Assembly (NCBI GenBank): GCA_018985225.1 | Contig: JADGIF010000476.1 | Span: 1-7,890 of the forward strand | Source: Amoeboradix gromovi X-113 | Lineage: Eukaryota > Fungi > Sanchytriomycota | Direction of reading: 5' to 3' | DNA length: 7,890 nucleotides | Shown here: in pieces, positions 1-7,641 of the stretch | Layout of the letters: each line of letters begins with the position of its first letter | Numbering within the stretch: position 1 is the first letter of the stretch | Made by a program: the position numbers and the translations under genes | The notes under the pieces: generated by a model | Seen by the model: only the letters and a program-made list of their open reading frames with translations | The model's database searches: none | What the model was told of the DNA's origin: nothing

Positions 1-2
1 GA

Positions 3-215
3 TGCTAGTATAACATTACAAAACGACTCTAGAAAGAGTACCGTCTAAGAAAATGCACCTTTTGCTTAGATGCTCAAAGACCTCAAATATTTGAACGAGA
101 TGCAGGGTCTTCTAGTTTTATTTTAAAAAGAGGAATACAATTAATGAGAGAAAATTGGTACAACAGAAAAAGATCTTTTATTAATAATTTCCTCCGTATG
201 GAGCACCTCCTTTAA
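3..215 (+). pseudogene. Degenerate C-terminal fragment of a putative Fanzor/TnpB-like nuclease (5' part outside the window)
   Basis: Frame +3 reads C*YNITKRL*KEYRLRKCTFCLDAQRPQIFERDAGSSSFILKRGIQLMRENW...LL*. CxxC (54-65) followed by FERD (90-101) and x6-I resembles the final Zn-finger pair and RuvC-III (RDxxAAxNI) of Fanzor/TnpB. Two in-frame TAG stops lie at 6-8 and 30-32. The motif is divergent. Confidence 0.5.
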
Positions 216-295
216 AAACGAGTTAGTCTAGTTTTTATATTTGGTGTCCCACTTACTGCACGCTTCAAGGAAGGGAAGATCCGATGCATTGCAAC
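189..295 (+). ncRNA. Putative omegaRNA-like structured RNA overlapping the 3' end of the left Fanzor-like fragment
   Basis: Hairpin CTCC-GTAT-GGAG (192-203). Long stem GCACC(203-207)/GGTGT(243-247) encloses TAAAAAC(213-219)/GTTTTTA(231-237). Hairpin CTTC-AAG-GAAG (263-273). The position matches TnpB/Fanzor omegaRNAs. Boundaries are approximate. Confidence 0.35.
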
Positions 296-493
296 AATTG
301 ATCTTTGAATTTAAGATTTTTTGTTTGAAATTGTATACTTCAAGTCCAAAAAGCTAGAGTAATTGATTTTAATTAAATAGTAATCTGTAGTGATCATTTG
401 AGTTCTACATTTCTAATTGATCATCCTTATATAGCCATATAATTATTTAACTACTCGTCATACCTTTTTATCATAAACTGCAAAGTCTCTGTC

Positions 494-539
494 AGTTTCT
501 CTGTGGTTTCATTGAAAATTAGGATTTTCAACGAGTTAA
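494..539 (+). repeat. Diverged orphan copy of the 3' end of the element at 7642-7697 (inverted orientation)
   Basis: AGTTTCTCTGTGG (494-506) is identical to the reverse complement of 7685-7697. AAATTAGGATTTTCAACGAGTTAA (516-539) matches AAATCAGGACTTTCAGTGAGTCAA (reverse complement of 7642-7665) at 19/24 positions, and all mismatches are transitions. The two blocks are collinear. Confidence 0.75.
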
Positions 540-695
540 ACTGGAAAGATTTCCTCTGATTTTGCAGCCCCCAAATATTACAGAGGAGAGTAACTTTAAT
601 TTACTTAATATCATAGTTTTTATTTGAGCTTGGATTTGTGTCATGTGCAGATGACTAAAAAAGTTTTATAAGTCTCCAAGTTTTGTTATAATTTC

Positions 696-1896
696 ATGTT
701 TTACACCTCTCACTTACAAGGTGATGGTTCTCTTTCATTGATATGGCTAGCTGCTCATTCTGCAAAAACTCTGAAGAAGAAAGAAACAGTTAAGTGTGAT
801 ATTGAATTGGCATGTGCTGAAATAGTGGCCGGATCTTTTGCTTTGCGCTTGAGCGCCTTTTTGGTATATGGTGTTCACAAAATTTACAACAAGCAAGCCT
901 TGTTTTTGTTGCAAGACTGCATGGCAATTCTTGATCGTATTATGTTTGTAAGCAAGAAAAAAGAAAAACAAACTGCTGTTGATCTGGATCTGAGCCAAGA
1001 AAACATTTTGCAAGTAGATGACGATCAACTAATGGAAACTCTTAGCTTATCTGCTGATTCATTTCAAAGTATTGAAATTCAAAGAGGGTTTGATCCGGAT
1101 GATTCACAACTTGGGTTTGATAAGATCAGTGAAGAATCCGTAGAAGTAGCTAGAAGATTATCCCTTGATGAGAGTATTCAACCTTTTGCCTTACAAGATA
1201 CCTCAATTTTGCCCGTTCCTACTTTGATTGATGATGAACTACGATTAGAAGAACAAAAATTTTCAGAGAGCAAGGGTACTCTTAGCTCGTTTCACGATCT
1301 AAACCTTGAAAACTCAATGGACTTCCTCTCACTTCGCAGTCAAACCAAGTACTCCATAATAATTTAGAGTTTCTCGCAAAAGAAAACGTCGTAGTTACAA
1401 GGCAAGTACAACAAAGAACAAATATCTAGATATGGCTATTGAATCTGTAGTAGATATCGATTTATCCGAAGAGCTTGATCTTTTCAATCCAGTCAAGAAT
1501 ATGGCTGCTGTAGCTCTATCAAGCTACAGCAGAAGGTCCAAAATATCCTTAACGCACTACTCCATAGCTTCTGTTGAGGAACAAGATCAAACAGAAGAAG
1601 CTGGATCTGTTCAGTCTTTGGCTTTTCCCCAAATTCTGTCAGAAGGTTCAGAGGGTCAAGGTAATGTATTACCGAAGCAAACTGAAGAGGACTTGGAGTT
1701 TCGGTATAAAGATGATTATGTTTTTGAACAGGATAAACCTAAGTTGCAGAAAGTTGACTGGAAACAAAACGACTCGTTTTTTGAAAAAACAAAGACTTTC
1801 ACAAGAAGTGAGGTCGCACAAGTGTTTGTGTCACTTATTAACAAAAATTTTGATTTGGAACAGGAACAGCCATATGGCGATATACTAGTAGTGTAG
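696..1896 (+). CDS. REC8: Alpha-kleisin cohesin subunit, probably meiotic Rec8; join(696..1348,1368..1896), 393 aa
   Basis: N-terminal Rad21/Rec8 domain (MFY...IWLAAH...ALRLSAFLVYGVHKIYNKQALFLLQDC) lies in ORF 696-1367, and the C-terminal winged helix (TRSEVAQVF...QEQPYGDI) lies in ORF 1432-1896. Removing 1349-1367 joins them in frame. YGV and IYxxQ are Rec8-like rather than Rad21-like (LGV, IYxRK). Separase-type SxExxR sites are at 1068-1085 and 1137-1154. Confidence 0.85.
1349..1367 (+). other. 19-nt spliceosomal intron (GTACTCCATAATAATTTAG)
   Basis: GT...TAG boundaries. Excision gives ...SQTKVSRKRKRRSYKASTTKNKYLDMAIES..., in frame with the kleisin C-terminal domain. Confidence 0.75.
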
Positions 1897-1908
1897 TAAA
1901 TTTATTAC

Positions 1909-2073
1909 TTATCTTTTCTCTTTAAAAACTACATGCTTTTTAATAATTGGATCGTATTTGATTTTCTCTATTTTATCAGATAGTCTATTTCTTTTAGATG
2001 TGTACGAATAGCCAGTTTTAGCTGTCGAAAGAAGCTGAATAAACATGGTCTTCAATTTCTTTTTAACTGCCAT
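1909..2073 (-). CDS. MRPL33: Mitochondrial ribosomal protein bL33m (yeast MrpL39-like), 54 aa; not in the ORF track
   Basis: Manual translation gives MAVKKKLKTMFIQLLSTAKTGYSYTSKRNRLSDKIEKIKYDPIIKKHVVFKEKR*, with the L33 motifs LLSTAxTGY and KYDPxxKKHVxFKE. Confidence 0.93.
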   Translation of the reverse strand: MAVKKKLKTMFIQLLSTAKTGYSYTSKRNRLSDKIEKIKYDPIIKKHVVFKEKR

Positions 2074-2138
2074 TTAAGAGTCCTGAGTTTCAAAGAGTAA
2101 GTTGTAATACAGTGTGCAATAACAGACAATGATGTTTA

Positions 2139-2456
2139 TTAATCAAACAATCCAAATCCCATATCGTCATCAGATTCTTCTTTCTCTTCTACCTTTTCCT
2201 CTTCAACCACAGCAGCCGGACCAGCTCCAGAAGCTGGTGCAGCACCACCGCCAACAGCAGGAGCGGAACTTACACTCTTCAAAAGATCCTTAACATTAAC
2301 TCCATCGAGCGCCTTTGCAAATATGTTTGCCCAGATAGGCTCAACTTCAACATTTGCGACCTTCAGGATGGATAGTATACCATCTGAAGTAACTTCAATA
2401 TCTGAATCTTGTAAAATCAACGCAGCTAGAGCACAAGCTTTTCCTTTAGAATCCAT
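2139..2456 (-). CDS. RPP1: 60S acidic ribosomal protein P1, 105 aa
   Basis: AALILQD...[14 protein letters not shown], an Ala/Gly hinge and C-terminal [13 protein letters not shown]. The track start at 2465 is TTG; the first ATG is at 2456. Confidence 0.97.
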   Translation of the reverse strand: MDSKGKACALAALILQDSDIEVTSDGILSILKVANVEVEPIWANIFAKALDGVNVKDLLKSVSSAPAVGGGAAPASGAGPAAVVEEEKVEEKEESDDDMGFGLFD

Positions 2457-2496
2457 TATAATCAATTTAAGCGTAAAGCGGACTACAACTGGTATT

Positions 2497-2532
2497 CACG
2501 TGCGTGTTTATAATCTGTATACCCAACACGTG
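2497..2532. promoter_or_regulatory. Two CACGTG E-boxes upstream of RPP1
   Basis: CACGTG at 2497-2502 and 2527-2532, 30 nt apart and 40-76 nt upstream of the RPP1 ATG. Cbf1-type bHLH sites occur at ribosomal protein promoters in some fungi such as Candida albicans. Confidence 0.4.
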
Positions 2533-2721
2533 TTTCAACCAATCATTAGTTCGTAGGATGTTTGAAGACAAATTTCATTTCTATCCCTTCCAACAGAGGC
2601 CGACAGTCTTTAAGCTGTTTTAGCTCAAGGATTCAGGTACTCAAGAACGATGGATGGTTATGTGTGGAAATGCTTTTTTATTTCAGCATAAAATTCCAAT
2701 ACTTTAATTATTAACCATTTA

Positions 2722-4614
2722 CTAAATCGGGTTCGCAATAAAATAGTGCTCTATTTCTTCCGTTATTTTAAACTTATGGCTTAGCTCACTCTCGTTTGTT
2801 AGTTGAGTTGACAGTGGTTTATTAAGGTTTTCTAGATACTCAACTGTCGTGCAATATAGAACAGTCTTGGCTAATGTTGCTCTTGTTGCTGACTTGAAGA
2901 AATCGATCTTTATTTTGAATTGATACTCGACATCGCCTGCAAATGTCATTTTACGTGAACAAGGCACGTACCAATGGATCTCTTCCTTAAACTCAAACCT
3001 GCAGTATATGTGATACAAACCCAATGATTCTGGCAATATGCATGAAAATTCGAATAAATTTGGCATGCAATAGTAGTACTGCAATGGTGCAGCTTCTGTT
3101 GTTAGAGTGTAGTCCATGTCTATCTCGTACTTCTGAACCGACTTTAACTGCTTGTCTAATGGTAGCAGCTGCATCAGTAATTCTTTTGATGGTGTTGCAC
3201 TTAACATTTGACTAAGTTTGCTTCTTAAAAGGTCATCATAGTTGTAAAAACAGCACAAAAGCGACATTATATGCTCATTAAAGCCTTTCCGATCTATTTC
3301 TGTAAACACCAACAGCAGCTGCTTCAAAAACAAAATGTTTGCTGATCTAGTTTCAAAATCAAGTAGTTTTTTCAATTCCAAAATTATGGAGTATTGGTCT
3401 GTGGAAAATTGTAATTTGTTAAAGCAATCAAACAGGTACTGTAATAACCTGTCTCTCTCGCTATTTACATCCTCCTTCAACATGCTGGGATATTTGCTTT
3501 TAAAATATAAAAACTCTCCTTGATACGCCACTGTAAATTCATTACTCATGTTGAAGAACGCAGCCAAGGGTATTAAATCTTTCAAAAGCTGCAGATTGTA
3601 ACCTGATCTGAAATTTCGGCATTCTGCTAGCAGTCGGGGTGCCAACTGTTTGTTATTGTGTCCTAGTTGCTTTGCTATTCTTAAAAAGGATTCTTGTTCG
3701 CTGGAATGTAGCTGCGCTATATAACATAGTGATTCTAGTAGCATCAGTAAATCCTCTAGTGATGCCAATATAGCATACGCAAGCCCACTTACAATATTTT
3801 GACGAATGTCATGAAGTGGCGATCTAATCACCTTGCTAATTGGATCTATGTCATCCGAGTGTAGTGTAAGCTCGTATGTTTTCATTAGATGCAAAAATAC
3901 TTCGCTTGCCCTGATCCTAACCGGGTGGACTGCATCTCCCAATTGATCAATGACTAGATAAAGAGACTCAGTAGCAAATGTTATTGAATTAGTGCATAAT
4001 TGTTTAATGCAGTCCAAGGAGTAAACACGAATATTTATCGATTCATCTTCAAGTCCTTGTATTAAAACACCAAATAGTCCTGGATTAGCTAATTCAGGTA
4101 TCTGGCGTTTGATTTCACCTTTGCTGTTCACATACTCACGCTCTCTAGGTTTATATTCGATGGTATATATTTTGTAGCTATCCGTAATAGATGTGAAATT
4201 AGACAAAGATTTATAGACATGTTCTCGAACTAGAACACTGGGATCAAGCGCAATATTAGATATAGTGTCGTAAAGAAAGTCAACTGCATGTCTAGATGTG
4301 GCCTGTTTGGCCATTGTGGCCCAAATAGTAACTGCAGCAATTCGACAGGAAGGTGTAGATTCCAGGATAAGATAATTTGCAAACACTTCTAACTGTTTAA
4401 AATCTTTAAGAATAGGAATGTCTATAATTATATTAGAAATAGCTCGAGCAGTAGTTCTCTTAATAACTTCTCTTGATTCATATGCAAGATGAATTAGAAT
4501 TTTTAGGAATTTCTTTCTGTCTTCCAACTCAAGATTTTGCGACTGCAACTTAATAATTGTTGACTTTTTCACATCTATATCTTGAGAAAATAACCCATCA
4601 AAAATGGTTGTCAT
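2722..4614 (-). CDS. INTS4: Integrator complex subunit 4-like HEAT-repeat protein, about 630 aa
   Basis: GVLIQGLEDESINIRVYSLDCIKQL...FATESLYLVIDQLGDAVHPVRIRA resembles the INTS4 signature GAFxHGLEDE...VR...FA..SLDFLVDMFNDE...VR. A preceding HEAT repeat (DPSVLVR) and a beta-rich C-terminus also fit. The track start at 4671 is TTG; the first ATG is at 4614. Confidence 0.78.
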   Translation of the reverse strand: MTTIFDGLFSQDIDVKKSTIIKLQSQNLELEDRKKFLKILIHLAYESREVIKRTTARAISNIIIDIPILKDFKQLEVFANYLILESTPSCRIAAVTIWATMAKQATSRHAVDFLYDTISNIALDPSVLVREHVYKSLSNFTSITDSYKIYTIEYKPREREYVNSKGEIKRQIPELANPGLFGVLIQGLEDESINIRVYSLDCIKQLCTNSITFATESLYLVIDQLGDAVHPVRIRASEVFLHLMKTYELTLHSDDIDPISKVIRSPLHDIRQNIVSGLAYAILASLEDLLMLLESLCYIAQLHSSEQESFLRIAKQLGHNNKQLAPRLLAECRNFRSGYNLQLLKDLIPLAAFFNMSNEFTVAYQGEFLYFKSKYPSMLKEDVNSERDRLLQYLFDCFNKLQFSTDQYSIILELKKLLDFETRSANILFLKQLLLVFTEIDRKGFNEHIMSLLCCFYNYDDLLRSKLSQMLSATPSKELLMQLLPLDKQLKSVQKYEIDMDYTLTTEAAPLQYYYCMPNLFEFSCILPESLGLYHIYCRFEFKEEIHWYVPCSRKMTFAGDVEYQFKIKIDFFKSATRATLAKTVLYCTTVEYLENLNKPLSTQLTNESELSHKFKITEEIEHYFIANPI

Positions 4615-4663
4615 TTGCAATCGACTTGTTTGAAAAACTCTAGGCAAATAAATGAAATTAAAT

Positions 4664-5017
4664 TTATTCAATGATTTTCTTATCTTTTAGCAGTTCTTCG
4701 AGTTCTCCAGATTTAAACATTGAGAGAACTACGTCACAGCCACCAATAAATTCACCTTTCAGATAGACTTGAGGAATGGTGGGCCAGTTTGAGAACTCTT
4801 TGATTCCGCCTCTAATTTCTTCATCTTCCAGTACATTACAATAATTCGGTGTGATGTTGTGTGTTTTAAGCATCTGAATTACAGCTTGACTGAATCCGCA
4901 CTGTGGAGCAGAAGGCACACCTTTCATGAACACAAAGACATCGCTTCCGTTAATCAGACTCTCTATTTTAGATTTAGTGGCGCTTGCTAGAAATCTTTTA
5001 AAAAACATTAGGGTCAT
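4664..5017 (-). CDS. GRX5: Mitochondrial monothiol glutaredoxin, 117 aa
   Basis: FMKGxPxAPQCGFS, WPTIPQVY and GEFIGGCD motifs, plus a short basic N-terminal presequence-like stretch. Confidence 0.97.
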   Translation of the reverse strand: MTLMFFKRFLASATKSKIESLINGSDVFVFMKGVPSAPQCGFSQAVIQMLKTHNITPNYCNVLEDEEIRGGIKEFSNWPTIPQVYLKGEFIGGCDVVLSMFKSGELEELLKDKKIIE

Positions 5018-5675
5018 TTTCTTTTTAAAATAGACTGGGGGTAAAAGAGGATGTCAAAAAGAAAAAGAAATGCAGATTTACAGGATGTCTAAACCCCACC
5101 AAAAAAGATAAGCAAAACTACATTACACGTATTTTATTAAGTAGTCAGACTAGGGCTGAAATTATGATCATTTACCTCAGCAAGTTGAAATTGCGATCAT
5201 ATATATAGATCTTGTCTTTAGAAAAATGTTGCCTAAAAAATTAAATACGGCGAAAGGGAGAATGCAAGATATGATTAAGTAGTTTAGTGGTTGATGGCAG
5301 CAATAGACAAAATAGACGGGCATTATAATATCCAGAACTAGAAATTATCTTATGCGCTTAATAGAAAGCACTTGTTTTAGTTTCTGTATCATATATTCTT
5401 CTAAGTTATCTTATAGCTGCCACGAAAACGATCTTCATATCATGGAAAGTCTTTTAACAGCTGTTTAAGGACCAAGTTGGCAAAAAAACATTATAATAAT
5501 AATATTTTTTATAATTGTCTGATAAATTATTGGGGGTACTTTTTCAAAAATTATTTAGTCTAATGTTTGCAGTAGGTGTCCCAATTGATTTGCATGCCAG
5601 CTCTGACATGTGTTTCGATGTTTGGATGCTGTAGTGCTTGGGTATCTTAATTTGTGTTTGAGAAATGGGTCTTTC

Positions 5676-6041
5676 ATGGGGAAACCAGTGTCCAGAGCAA
5701 AAAAGAAAGGCGCTTCTATTCGTGCTGTTTACAAGAGAAACAAAACGAAAAGAAGAACTATGGACTTGGATCAAATTCAAGAACGACTTTCCGCGAATAA
5801 AGCTGTAATTATTGCAGGATATCAAGACATTGATAAAGTAGGCATGGGTGAATTTCCTTGCATTGAATGCGATAGATGTTTTGTTGATCAATTAACACTA
5901 GATAAGCACATTAGAGGTAAACCACATAAACGTAGACTCAAGGATCTCAAATTTGGTGCATTTACCCAAAAGGAAGCCGATCTTGCCGTTGGACTTACTA
6001 CTGAAAATAAGAAATCTACAGACAATCATATGGTCGAATAA
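5676..6041 (+). CDS. BUD20: Bud20/ZNF593 C2H2 zinc-finger pre-60S factor, 121 aa
   Basis: KTKRRTMDLDQI, GMGEFPCIECDRCF...HIRGKPHKRRLKDL and FTQKEADLAVG motifs. Probable start is the ATG at 5676. Confidence 0.93.
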   Translation: MGKPVSRAKKKGASIRAVYKRNKTKRRTMDLDQIQERLSANKAVIIAGYQDIDKVGMGEFPCIECDRCFVDQLTLDKHIRGKPHKRRLKDLKFGAFTQKEADLAVGLTTENKKSTDNHMVE

Positions 6042-6070
6042 TAAATTTATTCTTTAATCAGAATCCCTTA

Positions 6071-7630
6071 TTATTCCATCAACTTCTTAGCAGTAGCTCC
6101 TATTTTTTCCTCTTCAATAGCATATTGGGTGTGTTTTGGCAATGATTTTGTACCAAGCTTGCTTTTTACCACATCCATTGATGGTAGTGTCAGGCCTTGC
6201 GGTTTATTTGCCGTAGATGCTAAAATCTCTTGAACATCTTCCTCAATTGCTGAAGATTTCAACAGGCTTGAGTCGTTAGAGTTAGGTATAGACTGCGATG
6301 GTGCATTCTCTGGTACCACTGCTGTTCTTTGCTTTTGCTTTCTTTTTTCATCGTTTATTAATTTTTGAAATCTTTTTCGTTCCACGTTGTTTTTAAACAG
6401 TGATGTAGTCTTTTCGTATGCTAGTTGCCTTATCTTTTTATCATGTAAAGCAGTATATTTACCATCCTTGTAACTTTGCATATGACTGTAAACATATTCA
6501 TGTGATAAAAAAGCAGAGGCAACAAATATTGCCAATTCTTTCAAGGGCCCAGTTAATATGACCTTTTTGTTCCAATTTGTTGCACTGGTAAGGACCTTGA
6601 ACTGATTTTGAGCATCTTTTAACTGTGTTTCTACTTTTTCAAGAAGCCTTGGAATAGCGACTAACACCAAATGATATTTCATTAAATGCATTGGCACTTG
6701 GCAATTCTCTACTAATCTATCGTATATGCAATTGGGTATCTCATAGACTGTGTTTAACAATTGTAAAAGTATAGCATCAATGGAATTGTCCATTTCAGGT
6801 GTCACTTTATCAGCGTACTTAAAACGCAGATCAAAGTCGCTTAAAAGCAAAGCGGCTGTTGTTAAATCATCAAACCTGCTTTTAGGTCTCGCATCTTCTA
6901 AATGAGACTTGCTTGAAGTTACAGGCATAGTAGAATGATCCGAATGGGCATCAGAAGTAATGTTGCCAATAGACTTACTAATTTTAAGAGAGGGGATATC
7001 CATCTTGGTTTTTCCATTTGAAATTAACGGAAGATGAGGTTTTAATGCCAATTGGGCATTTTTATGATCAGCAGGTGGAGCAGCTTCACTGTGACTTTTA
7101 AGCTTGGAAAGGAACTTGGACTTCTTCGTGGAAGCTGTCAATTTTGTTTTGATAGGTTTACTAGCTATAGAATGCACAGGTTTATGACCACTGGTAATAG
7201 AAGGAGTCTGTACTTTTTGCACTTCGTTCTCCAACTTTTTCCTTTTGTTTGTTTTGAGTTGGGATTCCTCATTAATTGCTGTATCAATCGGCGTAATTAC
7301 CCTTTTTTTAGGTTTCATCATGTCTACTTCGACTGTTACTTGTTGCAATGGAGGAATATCTTGTATGGATTTACCTCGCACAGATTTCGATGACTTTATA
7401 GGCGCAGAACCCTGCCAAGCAAAGAACCTATGGAATTCTGGGTCTTGTTCGTATGTGTCTTCCCCATCAGATACAAAGTCTACCATTTCATTCTCAGGAT
7501 CCAAGAACTCTATAATTGTTTTCAGGTTATCTTCATTATCAGATTCCTCTTTTTTAGCAGAGTCTTTAATGTGAATGATGCTATGTTTTTTCAATGGAAC
7601 ATCTACAGAAAAATAGAGATTTTCATGCAT
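6071..7630 (-). CDS. Hypothetical protein, 519 aa (low-complexity K/S-rich N-half, helical C-half)
   Basis: Long uninterrupted ORF with a CCCCC motif just before the ATG and a TAA-TAA end like its neighbours. No family confidently recognised. Confidence 0.8.
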   Translation of the reverse strand: MHENLYFSVDVPLKKHSIIHIKDSAKKEESDNEDNLKTIIEFLDPENEMVDFVSDGEDTYEQDPEFHRFFAWQGSAPIKSSKSVRGKSIQDIPPLQQVTVEVDMMKPKKRVITPIDTAINEESQLKTNKRKKLENEVQKVQTPSITSGHKPVHSIASKPIKTKLTASTKKSKFLSKLKSHSEAAPPADHKNAQLALKPHLPLISNGKTKMDIPSLKISKSIGNITSDAHSDHSTMPVTSSKSHLEDARPKSRFDDLTTAALLLSDFDLRFKYADKVTPEMDNSIDAILLQLLNTVYEIPNCIYDRLVENCQVPMHLMKYHLVLVAIPRLLEKVETQLKDAQNQFKVLTSATNWNKKVILTGPLKELAIFVASAFLSHEYVYSHMQSYKDGKYTALHDKKIRQLAYEKTTSLFKNNVERKRFQKLINDEKRKQKQRTAVVPENAPSQSIPNSNDSSLLKSSAIEEDVQEILASTANKPQGLTLPSMDVVKSKLGTKSLPKHTQYAIEEEKIGATAKKLME

Positions 7631-7641
7631 TTCAGGGGGTC

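Noticed and set aside
485-590. U5 snRNA-like look (GTTTCTCT...AAAGATTTCC)
   Set aside because: The invariant loop GCCTTTTAC is absent, and the element-end repeat explains the region better.
1365-1367. Host stop-codon reassignment or readthrough in REC8
   Set aside because: Readthrough stays in the wrong frame and soon hits another stop. Host genes end in TAA/TAG and the long ORFs have no internal stops.
2558-2707. Short + strand ORF with an internal TAG and a hairpin near 2666-2697
   Set aside because: No recognisable protein or RNA family; compatible with chance in AT-rich DNA.
4615-4671. Apparent GRX5/INTS4 coding overlap
   Set aside because: It depends on a TTG start; the first ATG is at 4614.
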